From Octopus vulgaris (Eukaryota): a DNA stretch of 64,000 bases. The notes beneath the pieces were generated by a model. The model was not told where the DNA came from and ran no database searches. It saw only the letters and a program-made list of their open reading frames with translations. This document shows positions 1-13,164 of this stretch, one piece after another (positions within the stretch are counted from its first letter, which is position 1; the number at the start of each line of letters is the position of its first letter). The DNA is taken from positions 33,604,001-33,668,000 of the forward strand of contig OX597820.1 in assembly GCA_951406725.2 (NCBI GenBank). Direction: 5' to 3'. Position numbers and translations under genes: made by a program.

Positions 1-71
<71 letters not shown>

Positions 72-72
<1 letters not shown>

Positions 73-344
73 TTTATTTTAAGCAGCAGAAAATTCAACA
101 AAATCTGTTACTCTGAGTTTCTCGTTGCCGTTCATCAGACAGTTTTTGCTAGAATGGAACTTATATATTAATTATATTAATATATAAGTTCCATTCTAGC
201 AAAAACTGTCTGATGAACGGCAACGAGAAACTCAGAGTAACAGATTTTGTTGAATTTTCTGCTGCTTAAAATAAAGCATATTACTCTACCACTGGTATTT
301 GAGTACTCTTTTTCCACCTTGTTTCACATTTATGTGTTTACTCC

Positions 345-346
<2 letters not shown>
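72..346. mobile_element. Short fold-back element (PLE-terminus-like): perfect 101-bp inverted repeat 72-172/176-276 plus 70-bp unique tail, flanked by (TA)n
   Basis: Arms are exact reverse complements around a 3-nt loop. The same family recurs in opposite orientation at 9686-9908 and partially at 4360-4445. Confidence 0.8.
202..248 (+). ncRNA. Type I minimal hammerhead ribozyme motif (mirror copy on minus strand at about 100-146)
   Basis: aaaactgt-CTGATGA-a.cg.gcaa.cg.a-GAAA-ctc.a.gag-TA-acagatttt: canonical core, GNRA-capped stem II, near-palindromic stem III (ACTC-A-GAGT), GUA cleavage triplet at 237-239, stem I ctgt/acag. Confidence 0.75.
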
Positions 347-411
<65 letters not shown>

Positions 412-707
412 CCACTCCTGTACACCATTTTCCTCGAATAATGGAACTGCAACTACAATATTTCTATATATCTTATTTCTACTTTCATTCTCTTATTTCC
501 CTCTATATTCCATATCTCTTGTACTGATGTTTGATGGTGGGTGGAGATAAGTGAGAGGGGGAAGTGTACGTACATAGATGTGTGTATGTGTTTGCGCACA
601 TATGCGTGTGTGTGTGTGCGCGCGCATGTGAGCGTGTGTAGGTGTGTGCGTATGCATAGATGTTTGTGAGGCGTGGGGGTTATGTGCGCATGCCACGTTT
701 ATGGTTG

Positions 708-959
708 TAAAACTCAAAAAGAAAATGGGAGATGCGAAAAAACCTACATATATGTTTCAGTTGTAGCCCCTCGTTGATATGAATTCTAAGTATTTGGTTA
801 TATGCTAAGAATGGTATCATTTTTAACTACATGGAGCAGAGCTTCTTCGGGATTATTATGAGTTTATAGAATTAAGGTTAGCATTTTTCTCGGAAGGATG
901 CATACAGAAGAAGCTATTTTGGATGCAACCTTTCAACATATTTATATCATACAAATAAA
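708..959 (-). mobile_element. About 250-bp repeat unit with hammerhead-like motif, flanked by 21-bp direct repeat
   Basis: Near-identical (about 8-9 differences) to 2063-2313. Flanked by cgcatgccacgtttatggttg at 687-707 and 960-980. Confidence 0.7.
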
Positions 960-2058
960 CGCATGCCACGTTTATGGTTGCAGGGAGGCATAAGATCGGG
1001 GAGGTCAGTCTTCAGTCAGCGTCGGCATTGAGGATTGAGAACCCTGTCCTTGGTTGTGAAGCAGCCAGTACTGTGTCGCACTTTCACCAATAACGGCCCA
1101 TTTTCCAGTAGCCATTTTGCCTCTCCGTTCAGTAATCTACGCTTGACCTGAAAGAGACGGATTTCTGTTAAAATGCCGCGAAACCTAAAGTCGCTTAGAG
1201 CCGAATCAAACCGTTTTTACTTTGTATTCATTGTTCTAATTTTTTCCTTGGTTTCGAATTTATATATCACTTCTCATTCTCATTCAGCCGATTACAATTG
1301 CGGCAAGGCTTGTTCATCGTTCTTTCGAGGTAGAGATAATTTCAATAAATCACGAATCTTTGCAGTAAGGTATCTAGAATAACCTTTTTTGTCTTTCATA
1401 TCCAAATTCATGCCACTGGCCATTCTGAGCTACATCTCGCAGTTCATTTTTGTTTTAATTATGCAAACTACCTTGGCCCATCAATGTTGTATATCCTTTT
1501 CGTATATGTGTCTAAGTCTTATCATTGATAGAGTTAAAGTGGGACAACTGATGTGCTGACGACACTCATAGAGGTAGAAACACATACAGCTGTTCTCTTA
1601 TATCCAGGAAAACCAGGAAAGTTAATTTGGGACGATTATTTGATTGCTTGAGATTATTTCTCCTAATCATACAGTCTATTGCAATTAAAAAGGGGTGGTC
1701 GTAGAACAGTTAAATTTAATAAATAACAAATTTATCGTTTATAGTATTTACTGCACCTTTTATTCTTCCCATACATACATACGTCTGAGTGTACACGCGC
1801 ACGCACACACACATATGTATATATATAGTCAATTCGAGGAAGTTAGATCCACGTTAGGAATTATATAATCAAAAACATTCTACTGGTTAATCACTACCAT
1901 ATAATGAGAAAGTCTCTGCGATGTGTTAGGAATCATTGTAGTAATACATATTATTAATATTGAAAGAAAGAAAATGGAGAAAGATGGATGTATGAATAAC
2001 TTATTTGTATGATATAAAGAACTTAAAATTTAAAAAATATAACAGTACAAATATATAA

Positions 2059-2313
2059 GTTGTAAAACTCAAGAAGAAAATGGGAGATGCGAAAAAACCT
2101 ACATATATGTTTCAGTTGTAGCCCCTCGTTGATATGAATTCTAAGTATTTGGTTATATGCTAAGAATGGTATCATTTTTAACTACATAGAGCAGAGCTTC
2201 TTCGGGATTATTATGAGCTTATAGAATTAAGATTAACATTTTTCTCGGAAGGATGCATACAGAATAAGCTATTTTGTATGCATCCTTTCAACATATTTAT
2301 ATCATACAAATAA
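2059..2313 (-). repeat. Second copy of the about 250-bp hammerhead-like unit
   Basis: Direct repeat of 704-958. Minus strand reads aatc-CCGAAGA-long stem II-GAAA-catatatg-TA-ggtt. Confidence 0.7.
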
Positions 2314-2416
2314 ATTATTCATAAATCCATCTTTATCCATTTTCTTTCTTTATATATATGTGTGTGTGTGTGTATGCGCGCGCATATACACATACATATA
2401 TACATGCAATATATGC

Positions 2417-2596
<180 letters not shown>

Positions 2597-3571
2597 AGAC
2601 AGACGTATTCATTTACATAAGCATATACACAAACATATATATATTACTACATTTTTCTTTGCCACTGAAGATGAGCAAGTTATCACTTTTACACTTTGGA
2701 GGTTCTCGTATAGCTTATTAGGCCAATTCTGACATGAAAAATGCTGTTACAGTGGGTATATATAACAGCAAACTCAGGAACCAAGGGAACTCTTGCTTTC
2801 CGTGCACCCCTCCTATCTTTAGCTTCTTTGCACCAGCCTCACTGAAGTCCCCACTGTTATGCACACTTCCTCGATATCCTGACCGCCAGATGTACCTCAG
2901 TATAAAACCTCATAACTCCGGTTTACAAGCGAATGTTCAGAGTAGGCCCATTCACACGGGCCATCTTTGCCACATTCACCCACCTCTCAACAAAAATATA
3001 CTTTCCAGAGTCCTTTGAAATGTTTGTGAAATGTTTCTATAAATATCAACGTCAGTTTGTAATTACCATTCACGATTAGGATCGTTAGCAGTAAACAATT
3101 GCAGACTTATGTTATAAGTATGAAACCTGTAGTTATATTTTGTGTCATAAACTGGAGTTGGTGGAGGTTCCACAAATTCCTTTTGCAGTTTTCTTCTAAG
3201 ATTATCATATCTTCATCAAACAAACTTTCTCTGTGGATCGCAAGCGATTCAACCACATCACATTCAACGTCTTCATACATTACAATATATCTCACTATCA
3301 TAACATCTTGCTGACTTATCGGAACATATAGATGGAGTCTGGCCATTTCTTCTTCGAAGCACAGTGCAGAGTTGAGATTTGTTCCCATGATTCGCCCATA
3401 AATTTTTGTTAAATTTATGTACGACTCCGTTCTACAAAAATATATCATCATATATAAGTACTAGACTATTGTTAAAATAAACACTGAGCGGGGAGGGGGT
3501 GGATTTGTTTGACTAAGTTCTTCAAGGCAGTGACCTAGCATTACCACAAGTCCAGTAACTAGAACACGTAG

Positions 3572-3968
3572 TAGGCGCAGGAGTGGCTGTGTGGTAAGTA
3601 TCTTGCTTACCAACCACATGATTCCGAGTTCAGTCCCACTGCGTGGCACCTTGGGCAAGTGTCTTCTACTATAGCCTCGGGCCGACCAAAGCCTTGTGAG
3701 TGGATTTGGTAGACGGAAACTGAAAGAAGCCCGTCGTGTGTGTGTGTGTGTGTGTGTGTGCGTGTGTGTGTGTGTTTGTCCCCCAACATCGCTTGACAAC
3801 AGATGATGGTGTGTTTGCGCCCCCGTCACTTAGCGGTTCAGCAAGAGAGACCGATAGAATGAGTACTAGGATTACAAAGAATAAGTCCTGGGGTTGATTT
3901 GCTCGACTAAAGGCGGTGCTCCAGCATGGCCGCAGTCAAATGACTGAAACAAATAAAAGAATAAAAGA
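3572..3968 (+). mobile_element. tRNA-derived SINE, family 1 (cephalopod-type), full length
   Basis: Head ggcgcaggagtggctgtgtggtaag (A box), gagttcagtccc (B box), central accttgggcaagtgtctt, internal (GT)n, tail tgactgaaacaaataaaaga. Many copies in the window. Confidence 0.85.
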
Positions 3969-4258
3969 ATAGAATAACAGAACAAAAGAAGATCATTGAT
4001 TCCAGAGACTGCTGGTGTTTTCTTTGTGAAATTTATGACCTGTTGCTGTCTTCGAAGTCAGTGTTATCACTAGTGGAAGATATTTATTTAAAACCCTTCT
4101 GTGGTTTAAGAGAGTTCCGTTAGTGTGTAATATATCTTTCTTGTCATTTGGATTTAATGTTATAAAACAATTTTGTTTGTCTGAGATTTAGCGTCAGACA
4201 ACGTCACGGCAGCAGTAAATCTAACTCTGAAATGAAACGTGCTTTTTCTTTTCTACCA

Positions 4259-4345
<87 letters not shown>

Positions 4346-4386
4346 ATATATATATATTCTTTATTAAAAATAAGCAAAACTATCAC

Positions 4387-4434
4387 AAAAACTGTTACTC
4401 AGAGTTTCACGTTCCCGTTCGTCGGATTGTTTTG
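4387..4434 (-). ncRNA. Hammerhead-like motif, CCGACGA core variant (same family as 202-248)
   Basis: Minus strand: aaaacaat-CCGACGA-acg.ggaa.cgt-GAAA-ctctgag-TA-acagtttt. Confidence 0.55.
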
Positions 4435-6042
4435 TTTAGAATGGAGCAAAAATATACAATTAGTTTGATAGATACACTTTTGAAAATGGCTTTCTTTCAT
4501 TGGTCCTTTCAACTCACGCTCTTTTTAATGGCCAGTTGCATGCAATAACAAATTGCAGTATAAAATCATATAAAAATCGAAGAAAACCTTAAATCAAAAA
4601 TAGATTATAAAGAAGGACAGAGCCTGGATACCCAGGGTAAATAATTAGCAGTAAGATATTAATCAATTAATGAATTAAAAGTTATATCCGTTTAAAAATG
4701 TTTTCACGGTATTGGCTGGGTAGGGGAAGACTGAAAATCATGATGTTAATTACCAGTTAAAGGGGCAAGACGCTAATAAAACCTAGAATGTCAATACAGA
4801 GGAAATTTTATCTTGGGGTACTATGGGTGATTGTTTATAAACAATATTGTTATGTTGTATAAAAAATAAAATTTAAGATTATCAAAAATGATATCATAAC
4901 TAAAATAGGTAACAAGTGTGTATATATCAATTATCAACATTAAAAAGGAAAGATTACATAGAATCAGTTTAATATTCATTCATGTACTTAATTACTTATT
5001 AGGTGGTTTCCATAAAGACTGCTCGGGGCTTTTACTTATGGAATACTGAAAGGATAAACATGCTATCTATATATTAATTATAAGCCAAAAATCAGAAAAT
5101 ATAAAGATGCGTACAGATACACACACATATTTATATATATGTACTCATGCACACATAGATATACACAACTATTTATATGTTTACATGGATATAGTATAAC
5201 CATCTCGCATAGACTTAAGTAACTGTAAAGTATCTACTTACGAACAAGAAAAATAACAATATATAAGGAATAAGAGGTTAATAGTTTATGCACATATATG
5301 CATATATACACATATACAAATATATATACGTTTATATGGATATAGTATAATCATCTCGCATAGACCTAAGTAGCGGAAAAATCTCTATTTAAGAACAGTA
5401 ATAACTTATAAGGGATAAGAGGTTAATAGGTAAGGATATCAAAATAAGAAAACAAAGTGATAAGAATTTATAGAAAAAATAATACATATAAACTACATTT
5501 AAAGAGACAGGGGATTAAAATTTGAGGTAGGGAAGAGATAAAGGTAATCCGAAAAGAGGAGGTAGTAGGTATGGGCGCAGGGAGGGCAGTTAGAGGTATT
5601 CAGACCGAAGAGATTTTATAAATTGTAATGTTACAGCTGCTATGAAAGGGAAGGAGAGACAGAATAAAGGAGAGAGGTGAGAAAAAGAGAGAGGGAGAGA
5701 GGTATGTGTAAAGAGAGACAAAGGGAGGTAGTGAGAAGCGGGAAAAGAAGGAAGATATGAAAGGGAAGGAGAGAGGAGAGAAAAAGAGGAAGGTGTGAAA
5801 GAGAGAGAAGAGGAGCAGGTAACGAAGATATGGAGAAAAGTGAAAAACGAAAGGTATAGAACGAGAGCGTCGCTGTAAGAAAAAAGATCAAGGGAACAAA
5901 CGATAATCAAGAAAAAGGGTTCGTAACGAATGTGCTAGCGTAAATATTTCAGATAGAATGTAAATGAAGAGGTCGTTGTAAGAAAAAGTTAACTGAAAAA
6001 CGATATTGATAAAAAGAAGAGGTTTCTTAGGGTATTTTCCTG

Positions 6043-6466
6043 CTCTTTACTCTTTTACTCTTTTACTCTTTTACTTGTTTCAGTCATTTGACTGCGGCCA
6101 TGCTGGAGCACCGCCTTTAGTCGAGCAAATCGACCCCGGGACTTATTCTTTGTAAGCCTAGTACTTATTCTATCGGTCTCTTTTGCCGAACCGCTAAGTT
6201 ACGGGGACGTAAACACACCAGCATCGGTTGTCAGCAATGCTAGGGGGACAAACACAGACACACAAACATATACACATACACTTATATATAGATACATATA
6301 TACGACAGGCTTCTTTCAGTTTCCGTCTACCAAATCCACTCACAAGGCATTGGTCGGCCCGGGGCTACAGCAGAAGACACTTGCCCAAGATGCCACGCAG
6401 TGGGACTGAACCCGGAACCATGTGGTTGGTTAGCAAGCTACTTACCACACAGCCACTCCTGCGCCT
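6043..6466 (-). mobile_element. tRNA-derived SINE family 1, full length
   Basis: Reverse complement of the 3572-3968 type, with (ctctttta)n tail. Confidence 0.85.
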
Positions 6467-6960
6467 ATACTGTAGATTTTCAAATAGAATGTATACAAAC
6501 AATACGTCTTAATTCAAATTTTCATCCAGTATTACCAAAGATAAAACAAAATAAACAAAACGAATAGGATACTTATTCTCAAGAGGTAAAATTCCAATCT
6601 TTGTTCTTGTAGGAAGAAGTTTTGTTTCAAAGAAAAATCGATTAAAGTATAAGCACGGCCTCTAATGAATGTACGATTTATCACAACGTGCTTTCTTCGA
6701 GGATAACACTACCTAGCGTCACTGACTTTAATGAAATAGATAAAACTTTTAATGTAATATATTAAATTTTTTACGAAAGCATTATAGTAGACCGTTATGA
6801 AATAACTGGTACTACGTTTTTTTTTTTGTCAGTTTTAGTAGATTTTTCGTCGATTCAGGGAATCTCTCTTGGTTGTTTCAGTAGCATGACAGGCACGTCT
6901 TTGTACCACATCTATACATACATATATATATGTTTATATATATATATATATATATTTATA

Positions 6961-7110
6961 GGCGCAGGAGTGGCTGTGGGGTAAGTAGCTTGCTTACCAA
7001 CCACATGGTTCCACTGCGTGGCATCTTGGGCAAGTGTCTTCTGCTATAGTGCCGGGCCGACCAATGCCTTGTGAGTGGATTTGGTAGACGGAAACTGAAA
7101 GAAGCCTGTC

Positions 7111-7111
<1 letters not shown>
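6961..7111 (+). mobile_element. SINE family 1, 5' half
   Basis: Same head sequence, ends in (TA)n. Confidence 0.8.
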
Positions 7112-7149
<38 letters not shown>

Positions 7150-7258
7150 GACATATTGACGCAAATATATATATTTTTTAACATTTAAGCCATCTGTAGT
7201 TTTTTCACTTTTTACTATTTTCTATATATTCAACCACGTGCTTTCACAAACCAACTTT

Positions 7259-7325
<67 letters not shown>

Positions 7326-7372
7326 ATATATATATGTGTATATATATGTATATATATATATGTATATATATG

Positions 7373-7407
<35 letters not shown>

Positions 7408-7514
7408 GTATATACATACATATATATACACAAATATACTTATATATATACATATATATATACACATATATACACATATATATATATATACATATATATT
7501 TATATAGATATATA

Positions 7515-7591
<77 letters not shown>

Positions 7592-7618
7592 GCATATATA
7601 TATATTTAAATATATGTA

Positions 7619-8034
7619 GGCGCGGGAGTGGCTGTGTGGTAAGTAGCTTGCTTACCAACCACATGGTTCCGGGTTAAGTCTCACTGTGTGGCATCTTGGG
7701 CAAGTGTCTTCTACTATAGCCTCGGGCTGACCAAAGCCTTGTGAGTGGATTTGGTAGGCGGAAACTGAAAGAAGCCCGTCGTATATATGTATATATATAT
7801 GTGTGTGTGTGTGTGTATGAGTGTTTGTGTCTGTGTTTAGCCTCCCCCCCCATCACTTGACAACCGATGCTGGTGTGTTTACGTCCCCGTCACCTAGCGG
7901 TTCGGCTAAAGAGACTGATAGAATAAGTACTAGGCTTACAAAGAATAAGTCCTGGGGTTGATTTGCTCGACCAAACGCGCTGCTCTAGCATGGCCACAGT
8001 CAAATGACTGAAACAAGTAAAAGAGTAAAGAGTA
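7619..8034 (+). mobile_element. SINE family 1, full length
   Basis: Same head, core and tail as 3572-3968. Confidence 0.85.
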
Positions 8035-8039
8035 TAAGT

Positions 8040-8970
8040 CTACAAGAAAAAACTCTCATCTCTCGAATTTAAGATAGAACTATATATTTTCATAATTATA
8101 CAAGATTCTGCTATGCATGAAAGACAAGTTCTATTGCTAATCCTAAAGAAGGAGCGGAAGAAATAATATTCCAAAGAATTGAGAAATTTATGTTATCTCT
8201 TTTTAGTTGCCAGACCTCTTTTGAAAGGGTGATACTATTTTCTTTTCGAGGGTCATTGAAAGATGATTTATGGTTATTCAATCTGAATTTAAAAGTGCTC
8301 TGTGTACAACTTATATAATTAAACTTGGAGAAATCATGGGTTATAACAGTAGCTTTATATACTACATTTTTCTTTTTACAGTTACCTTTAACCTCACAGG
8401 TATTTGGTTTTCTACAGTTACAATTATTACTAATATTAGGACATTCTATTGTTATGTGTATATGTATTAATGGAGATGGGGTAATGTGATTATGAGAGTT
8501 GTTGTTATTAGATACGGAGCTATTGGAATAATTGGGGTAAATATTTGTAGTAGAGGAAGTTAATTCATTGTAGCAATGGTTTAATCTTCTATTGTTAAAA
8601 GAGGAAATAATCCTAAATAGGTTAGGAGAAACGGAAAAACCAAATCTAATAATTTTGTTATCAAATATTTTAGCATTTCTAGAGTTACTAAAGTTTAATT
8701 TCATAATGGATCGAACAGATTTGATAAAATTAGACTTTAAGTGTTTAGCAAAAGGAAATATAAACCAAATTATGATATTGTTGCTTTTCTTATTGGTGTG
8801 GTGGTTTGTATTAGGTAGGTTACCTATTCGAATATATGGTATAGGTTTCTTTTTACTTCTAATATTATTATTTCTAACATTATTAAAATTGGTTACGTAG
8901 TTATGTAAGTTATTGATAGGATGTGACGAAATAGGAGAGGATTCGTTTGCAAAGTGATTTTGTTTCATGT
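8040..8970 (-). mobile_element. Penelope-like element fragment (GIY-YIG endonuclease)
   Basis: ORF 8111-8968 contains CNCR..C..C..NVVYKA..NYISCT..FK.R..NH..SF..LSK.VW.LK, the PLE Cys linker plus GIY-YIG pattern. Confidence 0.8.
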
Positions 8971-9606
8971 TACAATTTATATTAATTTTTTCTCCTAATT
9001 ATTGTGCCTATTAGGTATATCATTGAAAATATTATTGAGAGAATTAAGTTGCATGTATGCATAAATATGTATGTGTATGTATACATATACTTATATATGT
9101 GTATATTTATATATATATGTATATATATATATATATATATCTTGTTGTGTATATATATGTGTTGTATATATATGTGCGTGTGTATATATATATGCGTATA
9201 TGTATATATATATATACATGCATATATACATATATGTGTATGTATATATTTATATGTGTATGTGTATATATGTATACATATATATATATATCTGTGTATA
9301 TATATGTGTGTATGTTTATATATATATATGTGTGTGTACATATATAAATATATATGTGTGTATATATATATGTGTGTGTGTGTGTGTGCCTATATATATA
9401 TATATCTGTATATATATATACATTTCTTGTTTTCTTTAAATTTTGATTTTTGATAAACCCATGTTTATCCTTGTCTTTACCTATAACTTATCAACTTAAT
9501 ATGTTTGTATATGTATGCACATGATTATATTTAGGTAGTGTAATGGATACTTCTATCCCTTACACGGTTATTTTAACTTCTAACTCAACTACCCTATATA
9601 CATATA

Positions 9607-9678
<72 letters not shown>

Positions 9679-9685
9679 ATATATA

Positions 9686-9908
9686 CCGGAGTAAACACAT
9701 AAATGTGAAACAAGGAGGAAAAAAGAGTACTCAAATACCAGTGGTAGAGTAATATGCTTTATTTAAAGCAGTAGAAAATTCAAAAAAACCTGTTACTCTG
9801 AGTTTCACGTTCCCGTTCATCGGACAGTTTTTGCTAGAATAGAATAGAACGGGAACGTGAAACTCAGAGTAACAGGTTTTGTTGAATTTTCTGCTGCTTT
9901 AAATAAAG
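9686..9908. mobile_element. Second copy of the hammerhead-bearing fold-back element, with internal deletion of the right arm
   Basis: Homologous to 72-346 in reverse orientation, with (TA)n on both sides. Minus-strand motif ctgt-CCGATGA-acg.ggaa.cgt-GAAA-ctcagag-TA-acag at about 9784-9831. Confidence 0.8.
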
Positions 9909-9916
9909 TATATATA

Positions 9917-9976
<60 letters not shown>

Positions 9977-10068
9977 CACCCTCATATATATATATATATA
10001 CACACACACATATATATACATATATATACACAAATACACATATATACAGATACACACACATTCACATA

Positions 10069-10103
<35 letters not shown>

Positions 10104-10462
10104 GTGGTGAGTTCTGTAGAGGAAGATATATCAATGGACGGCAGTTTTCAACGAAAGATGCGCTCTGGGAAGCTATTGTGGATGCTGCTGACAGGATTAC
10201 TCCAGATGAAATAGGTACCTTGACAAATTCAATGGATAAACGCGTCGGGAACGTTCTCTCATGTGGAGGATCATACCTCCTTCATTAAGAACTTTATGAC
10301 GTCATATTTCTTGTATTATTTGCAATGAAACATATTGTTATGTTCATTATAAAGTCTGTTATTATCGTATTTGTTGTTGTAAATTAATTGTCGCATTAAA
10401 TAAACGTTTGTTTTTGCATAATTATCATTTTTATTAGACCTACCTAATTATTTAGGACAGTA
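10104..10462 (+). mobile_element. Tc1-type transposon 3' fragment
   Basis: Translation [50 protein letters not shown] resembles the Tc1 transposase C-terminus. Confidence 0.65.
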
Positions 10463-11244
10463 AAAACGATGCCTATTAATAAAAATGGCCGATGTTTCTT
10501 TATGAATGGATGGATCAGATTTATGTTGGTACAGTACATGCAGGTAAGTGTTATCGTTATGCAGTGGAAAAATATCTGGAACCGAACGGATAAATACTCT
10601 GTTATTTCGAAAAAAAATGGCCTGTCTAATAATTTGGCACGCAGTGTATTTCTATATTTTCCTGGATTGTTTGTGTACCTAAAACCAAAGATCTTCATGA
10701 CGGTGCCTAAAATCCAAATATCACCTCCATTTTCCTTCACAATGCTCGAGTCTATATGAAGCTATGGTGTCACGCAGTGTTATCGAACTTGGAATTTATT
10801 ACTTTCAAGCAAACTTCTAAACACTTCAGACGTGCTACGTCCAAACAACAAAAATAAATATGGCGAATTAATCTATAAATATTTAATCTATTTAACTGAT
10901 TTATCAATATTCATCAAAGCCTCCTATCTTAAAAGTGACTTATTGAGATCAATACAATGTTGTTCACATACACATCTGGTCGCATATCCACACTTCACAC
11001 ATATACAACACTTACACATACGCACATTCATATCACACACACACACACACACACTTTTCCAGGCGTTGTGACACGTGTGTGGCCTGCTCAACATGGGATG
11101 GTACAGCAGCATATGCACATATACACATGCTTACAATAACACACACACTCACATCCAGGCTCACATACTCGTCTATACACATACGTACGCACGCACGCGG
11201 GTACACACGCACATACACAAATTGAAAGCCGATGCAATCTTTTT

Positions 11245-11822
11245 GTTTGTTTCAGTTATTAGGCTGCGGCCATGCTGGGACACCGCCTTGAAGAATTATT
11301 AGTCGAATAAATCGACCCCAGTACTTATTTTTTGAAAAGTCTGGTACATATTTTATCGCTTTCTTTTGCCAAACTGCAAAGTTACGGGGACATGATCACA
11401 CCAGCACATGTTGTTAAGCGGTGGCGGGGAACAAAAGTAGACACAAAGATATATATATAATATTTGCCAACTAAATGTGGCGGTCCCATAGAGGACGATG
11501 TTACTGTTGTTTTTAGCCCCAGGAAAACATCTCCTCCAGCTGACTGACGGCACACTCTGTCCGATTAGTATTTGCGAGGACAGGTGATCGCTCTCATCTC
11601 TAGCCTTACATAATACACACAGACCCGGGTTTCCGATTAGTTATATATATATATATATATACGACGGGCTTCTTTCAGTTTCCGTCAACCAAATACACTC
11701 ACACGGCTTTGGTCGGCCCGAGGCTATAGTAGAGGAAGTTCCATGCAGTGTGACTGAACTTGGAACCCCGGAACCATGTGTTTGGGAAGCAAGCCTCTTA
11801 ATACATAGCCACGCCTGCGCCT
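11245..11822 (-). mobile_element. SINE family 1 (diverged, interrupted)
   Basis: Recognisable tail (11245-11450) and head (11660-11822) halves. Confidence 0.7.
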
Positions 11823-11896
11823 AAAATTAGATTTGAAAGAAATTATTTCAGTCTCCCTGACTTGTGTATTTGTCTGCATCTAAATTTATTAAATTT

Positions 11897-12273
11897 ATTA
11901 GCGAAGGCGGAGGTATTGTCTTCAGTCGTGTTTGCTTGTTCGTTTGTTTGCCCTCGGACACCGTTGACAAGATATTTCAAGAACCGTGGGATGGATTCGG
12001 ATGAAACTTTCAGGGATGTCTGGCCGTGTGATTTGCACGAGCTGAATAGATATGGGGATCGATCTGGTACCGGACATGGATTCTGGATTACTTTTCCTGA
12101 TTTTATTTTTTACTTAATTTTTGAGAGCGGTCGGGTTCATTTTTAGTATTCTCGTTTATGAGAGCAGCCGAGTTTATTTCAGATATTCTCATTTTAAAAA
12201 TCATCTCTGGCTAATCGTTGAGGAGACGTTGGTGTTGTCTTGGCGGAGGTTTGCGCTATCTGAGCGCTCTTGT
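11897..12273 (+). mobile_element. Probable non-autonomous Helentron-associated (HINE-like) element
   Basis: Repeated subterminal ggcggaggt motif, 3' hairpin gcgct-atctg-agcgc, T-rich flanks. Family assignment is from recalled resemblance only. Confidence 0.45.
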
Positions 12274-12769
12274 TTATTACTGCTTCCAGTATCTTTTGAT
12301 TGGCCCTGCCATATGACTGTCTCCGTCAGTAATTTGATGATTCCCATAAACCTTGATTTATATGGTTTCCAATCCTGTTTGTTCCTGTTTTTAATGAATG
12401 ACAGCAATAGATTTTATGGGGTATACTTTTGCTTTTGGGTTTAGTGTATGTATGTGAGTGTAAGCATGTGTGTGTGTGAGCGCGCGCATGTGTGGTGTAT
12501 GAGTGTGTGTCTTCGCGTGTATGTGTGTAAAAGTTTGAATCCTGGATTCTCCATGATGTCCCAGTATGTATGATCATGCGTTAGTTTTCTCTATCATATA
12601 TGAATACACGATTGTATTATACACCGTTTAAAATGTACGAATATAATTTGTAATGTTGAAATCAATACTACTGTTTGCAGATAACGAAGCGGCAGTAGCC
12701 ATATAAAAATCATATGGGAATATTAAATTCGTGTTCACCTCTCATACCGCCTAATTGTATTCTTATGTT

Positions 12770-13150
12770 CTTTTATTCTTTTACTTGTCTCAGTCATTTG
12801 ACTGTGGCGATACTGGAGCACCACAAATCGACTCGAGGACTTATTCTTTGTAACCCTAGTGCTTATTTGATCGGTCTCTTTTGCCGAACCTCTAAGTTAC
12901 GGGAACGCAAACACACCAGCACTGGTTGTCAAGCGGTCATAGTGGGGACAAACACACACACACACACATGTGTGTGTGTGTGTGTGTGTATAATAGGACG
13001 GTCCTCTTTGAGTTTCTGTCTACCAAATCCACTCGCAAGGCTTTAGTCAGCCCGAGGATAAAGCAGAAGAAATTGCCCATGCTGCCACGCAGTGGGACTG
13101 AACCATTTGGTTTGGAGCAAGCTTCTTTCCACGCAACCACGCCTACGCCT
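12770..13150 (-). mobile_element. SINE family 1
   Basis: Reverse-complement match to the other copies. Confidence 0.75.
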
Positions 13151-13164
13151 ATTATATATATATA

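Noticed and set aside
3572-3650. tRNA gene-like A/B boxes
   Set aside because: They are SINE heads with no complete cloverleaf. No true tRNA or rRNA genes were seen.
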